In this document: positions 1-9,912 of the stretch, in pieces
Layout: every line of letters starts with the position of its first letter
How positions within the stretch are numbered: the stretch's first letter is position 1
DNA from: Planctomycetota bacterium
Lineage (GTDB): Bacteria; Planctomycetota; SZUA-567; H5-PLA8
DNA length: 64,000 nt
Reading direction: 5' to 3'
Assembly: GCA_045863855.1 (NCBI GenBank)
Contig: BTVV01000017.1
Coordinates: forward strand, 15,278-79,277
The notes under the pieces: model-generated
Database searches by the model: none
What the model was told of the DNA's origin: nothing
The model's input: the letters and a program-made list of their open reading frames with translations, nothing else
Program-made: the position numbers and the translations under genes

Positions 1-140
1 GGCTCGAGAGCTTCCCCGTCCGCCGTGAGCAACGCGCCGGTTTTTTCGGCGTCGCCTTCTACCGCGGCGTTCTTCGGGAGCCAGACCCACAGGGACGAGA
101 GCAGGGCCAGGAGCATGCTAAGGGCCAGCGCGGCACGCAT
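1..140 (-). CDS. 5' fragment of a membrane-anchored protein (probably DUF4340-type partner of the Gld-like ABC system), runs off the window
   Basis: ATG at 140 preceded by GGAG; translates MRAALALSMLLALLSSLWVWLPKNAAVEG... (N-terminal hydrophobic anchor); starts 2 nt after the GldF/G-like stop; DUF4340 identity inferred from typical synteny only. Confidence 0.55.
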   Translation of the reverse strand, partial: MRAALALSMLLALLSSLWVWLPKNAAVEGDAEKTGALLTADGEALE

Positions 141-142
141 AA

Positions 143-2992
143 TTATTCACTCCTCCGACGAGAACTCGGCACGATGCTGCTTTCACCGGCGACTCGGATC
201 AGGAAGACCGCCAGCGCCAGCAGTCCCAGCGCCAAGGCGGGGTAGGCCAGGACCTGAACCTTCACCTTGGACATCGTGCTGCTGACCTTGCGGTTTTGCT
301 CGATTTTGGCTTGGCGTACCTTTAGCGCGGCTTCGTGCTCGAGCTTTTCGATTTGGCGGTCCAGTTCGCGCCGCGCCGAGATGCGTTTCTGTTCGACGAG
401 CTGCGCTTTCGCGTTCTCGTCCAGGTCGGTGCGCTTGCGAATCTTTTCGAGTTCCTGCTCGAAGTCGGCCTCGAGCTTCTCCTTCTTCTTGTCGTACTCA
501 TCCGCCGCGGCATCGGTGGTCTCGCGCAGCGAAGCCTGCGTTTCGAGGATAACTTTCTCCAGCACCTCTAGCGGGCGGCGCACCGGGCGGCGCGTGCGCA
601 GGTCCATGAAGGCTTGGTCATCGGCCAGCGCGTCCACCGCGTTGGCGAGGAACTGCACGTTCTTGAGATCCAGCAGGAATTTGAGTTCGTCCTCGCTGAA
701 GCGCTGCCCTTCGTTGCGGTAGAAGGCAAAGAACTGATCGTGCGCGAGGTCGGTGTCGGCGACATAGACGACGTGGATCGGCTTGGTGCTGGGATCGCCG
801 ACGCCTTTGCCGCTCTCGACGGGAGGCTCTTCGCCGGTCTTCGCGCCTTCCGGCTTAGGCGCCGGAAGCGGATACGCGCGCTTCATGGTTCCGGTGATCT
901 CGACGGCGATGGCCTGGGGTTCGCCGGCCACGGGCGTAAAGCGCTTGGGGTTGATCTTGCGCTCGCCAAAGAACGGATTGCGCTCGAAGTGATCGTTGTA
1001 GCTGTGGCGGCCCCAGCCCACGCCGGCGACCGGCCGCACGAGCGTCTTGACGTTCAATTCACCGGGCTTGTCGGGCGCCGGCCGGACGGTGCCGGGGAAG
1101 GGGAGCAGCAGGCTTGTGATGCCGCGCGTCACCGGCGTGGCCTCGATGCCGCCCTTGTCCGCATAGCTCCAGACGAAGTTCGGCGTCAGAATCTTGCGGA
1201 ACTCATGGCTGGGGTTGAAGTCCGACCACGCGATCATGTCCAGGTCGATCTCCAGGCCCAGCGCACGAAGGAGCGGTTTGAGGTCGCCCTTCTCGCCGTC
1301 TTCCGGCGGCATGCCCATCATCGGGTTCGGCGGGCGCTTGGGCTGGCTGCTGCCCAGTTGCGGGCCGCTGAAGACCGGCATGGGGTCTTCGAGGATCAGC
1401 GCCGGGCGTCCTGCCCAGATGTAATCGTGCAGGTTTTTGAGCTGCTCATCGCTCAAGCGCGAAGGCTGCGGCGCGACCAGTACGCCGATGTCGTCGCCCA
1501 CCGGGGCGTCGAGGTTGACTTCGCGGACGTCGTATTGCTTCTTCCACTCCTGCACGATCTGCCACTCCGGAATCGGCTGACGCGCCTGGAAGTCGAAGCC
1601 GCCGACGATTTTCAAATCCGTTTCGACGACGCCGATTACTTTCTTCTTGCCGGAGCCGACGGTGCGAATCGCGCGGATCAGTTCGTACTCGACCGAAAGC
1701 CCCGGATCGAAGTGTTCGATCTTCTGCGTCTTGGATCCGCTGCTGACGACGGCCGAGAGAAAAACTTCGTCTTCGTCGCGACCCGTGGCCTGGTCGGTGA
1801 TGACCTTTCGCGGCGTTAGCCCGTAGAACTGCGTGGCTTCGCTGCCGGCCTCGTCGAGCGGGTCTTCGGGATGCTTGAGGATCAGCTTGATTTTGTCGCC
1901 CATCTCGCGATCCAGCACCTTCAGCGTGTTCTCGACTTCCTTGCCCTTCAGCGTCATCTCGGCGGGCAGCGACTTGCTGATGAAGGCGATGATGGTGACG
2001 GGCTTGTCGAGTTCCTGGAGGATTTTCATGCTCGCCGGGCTGATCGAGGACAGCCGTTCGTCGGTGACGTCCCAGTCCACGGCTTTGCGGTCCACGGCAA
2101 CGGAGACATTGAAGAGCGTGATCGCGCTGCAGATCGCGACCAGCGCATGGGGCCGGATGATGTTCGGAATGACGGCCATGACGCCCACCAAGGTCACGAG
2201 CGCCCCGGCGCCCACCAGCGCACCGCTGCTGTTGGTTCCGCGGAGGATCCAGGCGCCGCTGCCGCCGGCCGCCACGAGGACCAGGCCGATAACGGCCAGC
2301 CGCCAGCCGCGGCCCATGTTCTCGCTAAAGCGCCGGCCCATGACGATCAGCGTCGCCAGCGCCAGCGTGAGCGCGACGAAGACGGCGGTGGTAACCAGTC
2401 CGCCCAGCGGGAGCAGGCCGCGGTTGAACGGATCGAACCAATCGGCCCACCATGCCACGGCCATCAGTCCGGAACTGAGCAGGACGCCGATGACGAAGGC
2501 GATCGCGGGCATCGGGACCAGCGTGCTGGCCAGCACGCCCAGTGCTGCGAAGACCAGCCCCGCGCACCACCAACCCGCGTAATTGGCGAAGATCAGTCCG
2601 CTGTCCGGATCGCCCAGGTAAGCCAGAGCGATCACGTTGAAGAGGCTGCACAACAGCGCGAGCGTGAAGTAGCTCGTCACGCCCAGCCACTTGCCCACCA
2701 GCGCGTCGCTGACGTTCAGCGGCAGAGTGAGCATCTGTTCTTCGGTGCCGAGTTCACGTTCGGAGGCCCAACTGCCCATCGCCAGCGCGGGCAGCAGCAC
2801 TACGAGCAGCCAGGGCATGTACGTGAGCAGCGGGTTAAGGTCGGCGATATTGCGCGCGAAATACGCGCGCGGAACGAACAGGATGCCCGCGGCGACGAGT
2901 ACGAATACCAAGATAAAGACGTAGCCCAGCGGATTAAGCAGCAGGCTGGCCAGTTGCCGGCGCCAGATGGCGCAGATCGCGGAGAGATTCAC
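143..2992 (-). CDS. ABC-2 permease (GldF-like) fused to GldG-like ABC auxiliary domain
   Basis: N-terminal multi-TM region with PALAMGSWASERELGTEEQMLTLP...LVGKWLG; DVTDERLSSISPAS and EYELIRAI (GldG-like); C-terminal coiled coil plus TM; overlaps the ABC ATPase by 4 nt. Confidence 0.85.
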   Translation of the reverse strand: MNLSAICAIWRRQLASLLLNPLGYVFILVFVLVAAGILFVPRAYFARNIADLNPLLTYMPWLLVVLLPALAMGSWASERELGTEEQMLTLPLNVSDALVGKWLGVTSYFTLALLCSLFNVIALAYLGDPDSGLIFANYAGWWCAGLVFAALGVLASTLVPMPAIAFVIGVLLSSGLMAVAWWADWFDPFNRGLLPLGGLVTTAVFVALTLALATLIVMGRRFSENMGRGWRLAVIGLVLVAAGGSGAWILRGTNSSGALVGAGALVTLVGVMAVIPNIIRPHALVAICSAITLFNVSVAVDRKAVDWDVTDERLSSISPASMKILQELDKPVTIIAFISKSLPAEMTLKGKEVENTLKVLDREMGDKIKLILKHPEDPLDEAGSEATQFYGLTPRKVITDQATGRDEDEVFLSAVVSSGSKTQKIEHFDPGLSVEYELIRAIRTVGSGKKKVIGVVETDLKIVGGFDFQARQPIPEWQIVQEWKKQYDVREVNLDAPVGDDIGVLVAPQPSRLSDEQLKNLHDYIWAGRPALILEDPMPVFSGPQLGSSQPKRPPNPMMGMPPEDGEKGDLKPLLRALGLEIDLDMIAWSDFNPSHEFRKILTPNFVWSYADKGGIEATPVTRGITSLLLPFPGTVRPAPDKPGELNVKTLVRPVAGVGWGRHSYNDHFERNPFFGERKINPKRFTPVAGEPQAIAVEITGTMKRAYPLPAPKPEGAKTGEEPPVESGKGVGDPSTKPIHVVYVADTDLAHDQFFAFYRNEGQRFSEDELKFLLDLKNVQFLANAVDALADDQAFMDLRTRRPVRRPLEVLEKVILETQASLRETTDAAADEYDKKKEKLEADFEQELEKIRKRTDLDENAKAQLVEQKRISARRELDRQIEKLEHEAALKVRQAKIEQNRKVSSTMSKVKVQVLAYPALALGLLALAVFLIRVAGESSIVPSSRRRSE

Positions 2993-3729
2993 GCCGCCAC
3001 CCCTTTCGTCAGTTCGCGGAAACGCGCTTCCAGCCCCTCGCCGGCCGCCAGATCCTTGGGCGTGCCGTCGAAGCGCAGTTTGCCTTCGCTGATCAGCAGC
3101 ACGTGATCCGCCAGCGCTTCGACTTCCTGCAGGATGTGAGTCGAGAGCAGCACGGCCTTATGTTTCTGCGCGAAGCTCTTGATCAGATCGCGTACCACCT
3201 GGATCTGGTTCGGGTCCAGCCCCGCGGTGGGTTCGTCGAGGATCAGGACATCGGGGTCGTGAAGCATCGCTTGCGCCAAACCGACGCGCTGGCGGAAACC
3301 CTTGGATAGCTTGCGGATCGACTTGTTCCAGACTTCCTCGAGTTGGCACGCGTGAAGCATACGGTCAAGCGCTTCGTCGCGCTTGCTGCCGTCCATGCGC
3401 CGGATCGCGGCGATGTAGCGCAGGTATCCGGCGGGGGTCATGTCGGGGTAAAGCGGACCGTTTTCGCTCAGGTAGCCCAGGCCTTCGCTGCCTTCCAAGC
3501 GTTCGGTGGTCATGTCGTGCCCGGCGATGATTGCGGTACCGGCGCTGGGCGCCAGGTAGCCGGTGAGGATCTTCATGGTGGTGGACTTGCCCGCCCCGTT
3601 GGGACCGAGGAAGGCCGTGATCGAGCCGCGCTTGACCTGAAAGCTCACGTTTTCGATCGCCGTGAACGGTCCGTAATATTTACTCAGGCCTTTGCAGACG
3701 ATCAACGCCGCATCCGAATCATCCGCCAT
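2989..3729 (-). CDS. ABC transporter ATP-binding protein (GldA-like)
   Basis: Walker A GPNGAGKS, signature LSKGFRQR, Walker B LILDEPT, H-loop STH. Confidence 0.95.
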   Translation of the reverse strand: MADDSDAALIVCKGLSKYYGPFTAIENVSFQVKRGSITAFLGPNGAGKSTTMKILTGYLAPSAGTAIIAGHDMTTERLEGSEGLGYLSENGPLYPDMTPAGYLRYIAAIRRMDGSKRDEALDRMLHACQLEEVWNKSIRKLSKGFRQRVGLAQAMLHDPDVLILDEPTAGLDPNQIQVVRDLIKSFAQKHKAVLLSTHILQEVEALADHVLLISEGKLRFDGTPKDLAAGEGLEARFRELTKGVAA

Positions 3730-4103
3730 GCCGATCTCCTTATGAGGAACGCCATTCGCCCAAACGGGCCCGCTCCGAGCCGTGAAGCCCGGATCGTCGC
3801 CCTGTCATGAACGTGTCGAATCGAAGCGAGTGCATAGTAGCCTAATCGCCGTCACGGAACCTCTCAAGATCGGTATCGCCATGCCCCGAACTTGGAACGG
3901 ACTTTTGGGAGACGAGCGCCGGGTGCTCGCCTTCAAAAAACCGGCGGGTCCGGTCGGTGGGCTTCCTTGGCGCGTATTCGCTCTCTTTTAGGGATAGAGG
4001 CCGGATTGCGCACCTTGCATTGCAAGCTTTCGAGGGAGTTCGTACACTCGCCCTCCCGCGCGCCGATGCGGCGCCAACCTTGACCCGCTACAGGAGGGGA
4101 AGC

Positions 4104-4505
4104 ATGCCCCTGACCATCCAGAAACAGCTTTCGGTCTTCCTCGAGAACAAGCCCGGCGTCTTGCAGCGCCTGTGCGAATCGTTCGCGAAGCAGAAGATCA
4201 ACATCAACGCGCTCTCGGTTTCGGATACGGTCGACCATGCGGTGGTGCGAATGATCGTCAGCGACCCGACGAAGGCGCTGCATCTGCTGGAAGAGCACGG
4301 CGTGCTGGTCGTCGAGACCGATGTACTGGCGCTGCAGATGCCCGATAAGCCCGGCGCGCTTTCGCAGATGGCCGATAAGCTCTCCAAGGCCAAGGTGAAC
4401 ATCGAATACGCCTACGGGACGGCCGGCACGGGCAAGGGCCAGAAGAGCCTGATGATCGTGCGCGTCAGCGACCTGGAGAAGGCTCGCAAGGTTCTCGCCA
4501 AGTAG
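4104..4505 (+). CDS. Tandem ACT-domain protein
   Basis: QLSVFLENKPGVL and MPDKPGALSQMADKLSKAKVNIEYAY; ATG 4104 follows AGGAGG-like RBS. Confidence 0.88.
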   Translation: MPLTIQKQLSVFLENKPGVLQRLCESFAKQKININALSVSDTVDHAVVRMIVSDPTKALHLLEEHGVLVVETDVLALQMPDKPGALSQMADKLSKAKVNIEYAYGTAGTGKGQKSLMIVRVSDLEKARKVLAK

Positions 4506-4509
4506 CGCC

Positions 4510-4968
4510 GTGAAACTGGTTCTCGCCTGTGTCGGCAAGCTGCGTGCCGCGGCCGTGCGGACGCTGTGCGAGGATTACGCCGGACGGCTGGCTCGTTACG
4601 GTTCGTTCGAACTCCACGAATGCAGGGATGCCCGCGCTTCTTCCGCCGCCGATGCTGCGGCGGAAGAAGGCGCGCGGTTGCGCGCGCTGGCCAAGCCCGG
4701 CGACGCGATCTGGGTGCTGGACGAACGCGGCGTGCAGGTCGATTCGCCGGGGCTGGCGAAGCGCCTGAGCGAACTCGAGAACCGTGGTATCAAGCGTTTG
4801 GTGGTGCTGCTGGGCGGCGCGCATGGGCTGGACGAGGCCACGCGGCAGGCCGGTACGCTCTGGTCGCTCTCCAAGCTTACGCTGCCCCACGAACTCTGCC
4901 GCGTGCTGGCGTTAGAGCAGCTTTACCGCGCACGGACCATTCAGCGCGGCGAACCGTATCACCATTAA
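4510..4968 (+). CDS. rlmH: 23S rRNA (pseudouridine1915-N3)-methyltransferase
   Basis: LDERG, LGGAHGL, SLSKLTLPHELCRVLALEQLYRA...GEPYH SPOUT motifs. Confidence 0.95.
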   Translation: MKLVLACVGKLRAAAVRTLCEDYAGRLARYGSFELHECRDARASSAADAAAEEGARLRALAKPGDAIWVLDERGVQVDSPGLAKRLSELENRGIKRLVVLLGGAHGLDEATRQAGTLWSLSKLTLPHELCRVLALEQLYRARTIQRGEPYHH

Positions 4969-5010
4969 GGTTTGTGTATTGTCGAGCTTGCGGCGGCGCG
5001 TGCGTCCCGG

Positions 5011-5820
5011 CTACTTTTTCTTCTCGGGATCTTCGATCGGTTCTTCTTCGTAGATCAGGATTTCGCCGGTGGGCGTGCGGCGCATGCGTTTGGGCTGAGC
5101 GGCCGGATCGGGCTTCGGTGTTTCGGCGGGCTTGGCTTCTTCGGGCTTCTTCTCGGGTTCGAGGCCCATTTCACGGGCGATGCGCGGGCCTTCGGGGCGC
5201 GTCTCGTCGATGGTGCGCGCCGCCGGCTGAGCGGGCTGTTCGGCCACCGTCTCGGGCTCGGCCGGCAAGTTCAAGTCGGCTTTGGGTTCGGGCCCCGGCG
5301 CGCGCTGTGCGGTCGTTTCGGTACCGGGCTCGATCGTTTCGATGCCGGCGGTCTTGGACGGAGCCATATCTACGGCGATCATCTCGCCCGTAGTCGGATG
5401 CTTGATCTGCCCGCCGCGCGCGGCCAACGCTCGGTCCATCAACGAATCGCGGTCCAATCCCTCTTCGATGGGCTTCATCACGTAATGCATCGAGACCTCA
5501 TCGTTGAGGCGAATGGGCACCACGTTATCGGCGATGAAGGACAGCGGATCGAAGCCGTACCACGGCGGACGAATCTTCTCGGTCTGGACCAGGGTCTCGT
5601 ACTTGTCTTTGCGCAACTCGATGCGGTAGCTGCCGTAGTGCGTGTAGTTCATGCGGATCGGCGTCTTGCCCACGACGCGCCGATTGACCGAAACTTCCGC
5701 GCCTTCGGGAAGCGAAGTGATCGTCATGCCGCGGCTGGTGCAGCCCGTCTGGCAGAGCAGCAGCACCGCGAGCGGGCCGGCCAGCAGCAAGGACATCCAT
5801 GAGCAGCGAAGTTGACGCAT
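5011..5820 (-). CDS. PEGA-domain putative lipoprotein with low-complexity Pro/Glu-rich C-terminus
   Basis: Hydrophobic leader ending QTGC; ITSLPEGAEVSVN..VGKTP..YGSYRIELRKDKYE is PEGA-like; start uncertain. Confidence 0.75.
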   Translation of the reverse strand: MRQLRCSWMSLLLAGPLAVLLLCQTGCTSRGMTITSLPEGAEVSVNRRVVGKTPIRMNYTHYGSYRIELRKDKYETLVQTEKIRPPWYGFDPLSFIADNVVPIRLNDEVSMHYVMKPIEEGLDRDSLMDRALAARGGQIKHPTTGEMIAVDMAPSKTAGIETIEPGTETTAQRAPGPEPKADLNLPAEPETVAEQPAQPAARTIDETRPEGPRIAREMGLEPEKKPEEAKPAETPKPDPAAQPKRMRRTPTGEILIYEEEPIEDPEKKK

Positions 5821-5999
5821 TACTCGGTCCGCGCGGCTAACTCCAGCGCGGCACATCCTTTCCGGTTGAATCCCAAGCTCAGGCACGAACGGTCAGTCTA
5901 GACGCCACAGGTGCTCTTGTCGAGCCCGGACGCCATTCGAATGCGCTTACCCCTTGCTATCGGCCAACTTAGCCCTGGGCTTGAGCGCTTCGGGGACGG

Positions 6000-8900
6000 C
6001 TATTGGACGTGCGGGGCGTACTTGGCCTTCCAACCGGATTTCTCGTTTTCGTCTGGGAAGCGGCTGACTACCGTCAGCTCGACCACCTTGCTGGCTTCCG
6101 GTTCGCCATCGATCTGGTCGGGCGTCGCGCGAACGGCGCGGACCACCGAACCTTCGGCCGGCTTGAAGCTGTTGCGCACCGCCGCGAGCACGTGGAAGTT
6201 GAAATCCGAATCGCTGAACGAGAAGCTCGTCACGACACCGGCGACCTGCCCCTTTTTGTCGAGGATCGCGTGCCCTCCGCGCACGCTGCGGCGCCCCGAG
6301 CCGCGCAAGCGGAGCAGGCGTTTACGCCGTGGACTGAGCCGCCGAATGTACGCATCCCGCCCAATGTAAAACGGGCGATGGAAGCGGCTCACGAAACCGT
6401 AGTCGGCTTCGGTGAGGCTGAGTTGTTCGGGACCTTCCAGTTCGTGCCCGAAGAGGGGGAAGCCGGCTTCGGTGCGCAGCGAATCGCGCGCACCCAAGCC
6501 GCAAGCGCGCACGCCGCGGCCTTTGCCCTGCTTCAGAAGAAGTTCCCAAAGTTCCTGCGCGCGCGCGGGATGCACGAAGAGCTCGAACCCGACGGCTTCG
6601 CCGGTGTACCCTGTTCGCGCAGTAAGCACCGGGATGCCACCGATGGAAATAGGGTGGATGTCGTTGAGCTTCCCGGCGCGGAGTGCCGCGCGCTGAGCTT
6701 CGTCCGCGGCCAGTTCGATCAGGATCTCCAGCGAGAGCGGGCCTTGGAAGGCGATATCGAGCTTCGAGTCGGGCCCGGCATCGCGCAGCGCGCGAAGCTG
6801 CACCGGCCCGGGCGCGCGCTTGCCAGGTTGTTCGGCGTCGATGCAGACCTTGCCGTCGTTGACGGCGTTGAACCAAGCCCAGTCGCGGTCGAAGTTTCCG
6901 GCGTTTACGACCACCATAAACGTGTCGCGCTTCAGTCGGTAAACGTACACATCGTCAAGCGCTTCGCCGGTTTCGCGGACCAGATAGCTGTACTGCGCTT
7001 CGTGGTCCACCAGCCGCGCGGCTGAGTTCGCGAGGCAACACTCGAGGAAGGCCAGCGCGTAGGGTCCGCGTACTTCCAGGGCGCTCATGTGGCTGACGTC
7101 GAACAACCCGGCGGCTGCGCGCACCGCCGCGTGCTCGGCGAAGATTCCGCCTGGGTATTCCACCGGCATCTCCCAGCCGCCGAAGGGCACGAGCTTCGCG
7201 CCGGCTTGAGCGTGCCAGCCGTGGAGTACGGTCTTCTTCAGCGGCCCTTCGGGCGCCGTGTATTCGAACGGCGGCTTGGGGTTGGCGGGAAGCATTCCAC
7301 GCAGCGCCTTCTGTCCGACGAAAAAGGGCTTCTCGGCGGCTATGGCGCTCGCTGGCGCCCGATCCAGGCCGCCCAGATCGGGGAGGCTTTTGACGTCGTG
7401 GCGCAGTTCGGGCGTCTGGAGCGGAACGGGGAGCGATTCGACCGCAAAGGGGCCGTCGATCTTCATGTACGGATCGGCTGTGTCGAGGACCACGTACCCA
7501 TCGCTGACCGCGCGCAACCAGAGGTACACGCGCTCGTAGTGGGCCGCATGCGGAAAGAGCGCGATCCGCTCTTCGCCGTTGGGGCCGCTGGCGGGATTCT
7601 CCTGCCAGCCCAGGTACGTGACGGCTACGTCGTCGAGGATGCCGCCCTGTGCATCGAGCATGTATCCTTGAACGGTTTGCCCTTCCGCGAGGCCCAAGAC
7701 GTCGCAGGTGAGCAACTGGTCGATGCCCAAACGGGCCTTCTCGCCGCGCACGAGCATTCCGGCGCGGGAACCGATCATCGCAGGCATCACATTCGTCGAA
7801 ACCACCGATTCGTCTCCAGCAGGGCGTTGGGGGTAGGGGAGTTTGCGGGCGATCGCCGAAACTTCGGCGCGGGCTTTCAGGAGTCCGTCGAAAGGTACGC
7901 GTCCGCGGCAGCGTTCTTCGCCCGACGGCGCCCAGACCTGGAAGGCCGTCGCCGAAGCAAGGAGTTCCCGCGTCGTTTTGGCGAGCTGCTTAAGCTGCTC
8001 GGGTTTGATCCCGCGCTGCGTCAGCCAAGGCGTGCCGAAGCGCAGTCCGCTGCTGTCCGCGGCCGAACGATCGCCGGGCAGCGTATTCTTGTTGCAGACC
8101 AAGCCCACGTTTTCCAGCAGCCGCGATGCGGTCTCGCCGTCGAGTATACCGCCGCCTTGAACCTTGAAGCGTTTTAGGTCGATCAGGAGCAGGTGCGTAT
8201 TCGTGCCGCCGTACTCGAGCGTAAAGCCTTCGTCCTGCAGGGCGCGGGCGAGGGTCTGGCTGTTTTCGATGATTTGGGCCTGCAACGCCACATAGCTCTC
8301 GCGCCGCTGCAGAATGATTTCGAAGAGCCGTGCGATACCCGCGATGCTGTTGACGTGCGGTCCGCCCTGCAGGCCCGGAAAGACGGCGTTGTCGATCTTT
8401 TTCGCCTTATCTGCGCAGGCCGTAACGATTGCAGCGCCGCGCGGACCGCAGAGCGTCTTATGGGTCGTGAACGTAACCACATCCGCATAGGGCAGCGGAT
8501 TGTTCAGCCGTCCGGCCACCACCATCCCGGCCAGATGCGCGATGTCGGCCAGCAGGAGCGCACCGCATGCGTCGGCGATGCCGCGCAGCGTTTTCCAATC
8601 GAAGTCCCAGGGGTAGGCGCTGCTGCCGGCGACGATCATTTTCGGGCGGCACTGCCGCGCTTGCGCGCGGATGCGTTCGTAATCGAGCTTGCGCGCCGCG
8701 CCTTCGGCTTCGGTATCGATGCCGTAATGAAAGACGCGGTACTGCTTGCCCGAGACGTTGTACGGACTGCCGTGGCTGAGGTGGCCGCCGTGGCAGAGGT
8801 CCAGCGTCAGGAGCGTATCGCCGTGTTCGAGCAGCGCGGTATAGACGCTTAGGTTGGCCGGCGAGCCCGAAAGCGCCTGGACGTTGACGTGAATGCGGCC

Positions 8901-9263
8901 GGCGGGCGGCGAGCCTTCGAGAAGGCTGAACGCCTGCGCGATATTCGCCTTTGCGGCCAGTTCGACGCGGTCGGCTTCGGCGCAGCCGCGGTAGAAACGC
9001 CCGTCGCTCAAGCGCCGGTGCCAAGCCTTGAAGTACTCGTTGTCGGCGGCCAGTTCCGTCGACCAGCGTCCCAAGCGCAGATCGGGCTGGCCTTCCGCGT
9101 AGAGGTTGCCGAAGTCGCTGGCCATCAGCCGCGCGACCTCCGGCATGCAGATCGATTCGGACGGGATGAGGATCAGTTCGTCCATCTGCCGGCGCGATTC
9201 GGCCCGGGCAATCTCTTCGACGTACGAGCCGGCTGGCGACGACGGTTCGGGCATCGCGAACAT
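6000..9263 (-). CDS. Serine hydroxymethyltransferase fused to a partial and a complete glycine-cleavage T-protein (aminomethyltransferase) domain
   Basis: SHMT: LIPSES, YAEG, GGHLSHG, DIAH, TTHKTLCGPRG, PGLQGGPH, SGLRFGT. GcvT: KTVLHGWH, FGGWEMPVEY, GLFDVSHM, RTGYTGE, GLGARDSLRTEAG. ATG 9263 chosen for upstream GGAG. Confidence 0.9.
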   Translation of the reverse strand: MFAMPEPSSPAGSYVEEIARAESRRQMDELILIPSESICMPEVARLMASDFGNLYAEGQPDLRLGRWSTELAADNEYFKAWHRRLSDGRFYRGCAEADRVELAAKANIAQAFSLLEGSPPAGRIHVNVQALSGSPANLSVYTALLEHGDTLLTLDLCHGGHLSHGSPYNVSGKQYRVFHYGIDTEAEGAARKLDYERIRAQARQCRPKMIVAGSSAYPWDFDWKTLRGIADACGALLLADIAHLAGMVVAGRLNNPLPYADVVTFTTHKTLCGPRGAAIVTACADKAKKIDNAVFPGLQGGPHVNSIAGIARLFEIILQRRESYVALQAQIIENSQTLARALQDEGFTLEYGGTNTHLLLIDLKRFKVQGGGILDGETASRLLENVGLVCNKNTLPGDRSAADSSGLRFGTPWLTQRGIKPEQLKQLAKTTRELLASATAFQVWAPSGEERCRGRVPFDGLLKARAEVSAIARKLPYPQRPAGDESVVSTNVMPAMIGSRAGMLVRGEKARLGIDQLLTCDVLGLAEGQTVQGYMLDAQGGILDDVAVTYLGWQENPASGPNGEERIALFPHAAHYERVYLWLRAVSDGYVVLDTADPYMKIDGPFAVESLPVPLQTPELRHDVKSLPDLGGLDRAPASAIAAEKPFFVGQKALRGMLPANPKPPFEYTAPEGPLKKTVLHGWHAQAGAKLVPFGGWEMPVEYPGGIFAEHAAVRAAAGLFDVSHMSALEVRGPYALAFLECCLANSAARLVDHEAQYSYLVRETGEALDDVYVYRLKRDTFMVVVNAGNFDRDWAWFNAVNDGKVCIDAEQPGKRAPGPVQLRALRDAGPDSKLDIAFQGPLSLEILIELAADEAQRAALRAGKLNDIHPISIGGIPVLTARTGYTGEAVGFELFVHPARAQELWELLLKQGKGRGVRACGLGARDSLRTEAGFPLFGHELEGPEQLSLTEADYGFVSRFHRPFYIGRDAYIRRLSPRRKRLLRLRGSGRRSVRGGHAILDKKGQVAGVVTSFSFSDSDFNFHVLAAVRNSFKPAEGSVVRAVRATPDQIDGEPEASKVVELTVVSRFPDENEKSGWKAKYAPHVQ

Positions 9264-9471
9264 GACTGCCGCTCTCCGGGGATGAACGATGTCTTTGTAC
9301 CATGCGGGAGGGGTTCGGCCAACGAGAGGAAGCCGGTCACGGGGTGGATTGGGTGGCTGGGGCGTCAGAGGACGCCAAGAAACATGCAATCCGCAGGCTT
9401 ATGCGTTCCCGTGCCTACAGGACCGGGGCGGAGCGTAGCGCCGGACATCCAATGCAAATGACTCGGGCAGT

Positions 9472-9885
9472 TTACGGAATCCGCATACCTCGAACTTCGA
9501 ATAAGGCTTTCTTGCCGGATTTTGTCCAAGTCAATCTGCCGGCGATCGTGTCGCCCTGCACGGACAACTCCCAGCGCGCGACGCCGTGCTGTTCGCTTTT
9601 TTGTTCGACCGTCACGCTGCCTTTTTCGCCGGCTACGCCCGTCGCCGCGGCGAATCCTTGTTTCTGATTCACCCGGCTCGTGAAAGTTCCGCGCACGAAC
9701 GCAAGTTCGTCTTCGTAGGCCCGGTCCGTACCGGGCAGCGCGTTCTTTTCATTGGGGCTTAAGGTGACTTTCCAGCGGCCTTCGGCGCCTTGCGGACGCG
9801 TGCCCCCTTCGGAGCCCGAGACCGCGAAGGCTACCATGACGCCCAGCAGCAGGCTTGCAAAAGCGACCGTTCGTTCGATCAGCAT
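9472..9885 (-). CDS. Secreted beta-rich hypothetical protein
   Basis: Signal peptide MLIERTVAFASLLLGVMVAFA; GGAG RBS; follows the TonB-like gene. Confidence 0.7.
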   Translation of the reverse strand: MLIERTVAFASLLLGVMVAFAVSGSEGGTRPQGAEGRWKVTLSPNEKNALPGTDRAYEDELAFVRGTFTSRVNQKQGFAAATGVAGEKGSVTVEQKSEQHGVARWELSVQGDTIAGRLTWTKSGKKALFEVRGMRIP

Positions 9886-9912
9886 GGCGTATATCTCCCC
9901 GAAGCGCACCGG

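Noticed and set aside
9264..9470. Possible glycine or THF riboswitch upstream of the SHMT-GcvT fusion
   Set aside because: No recognisable glycine (GGAGA...CCGAAG...CUCAGG) or THF aptamer consensus on the minus strand
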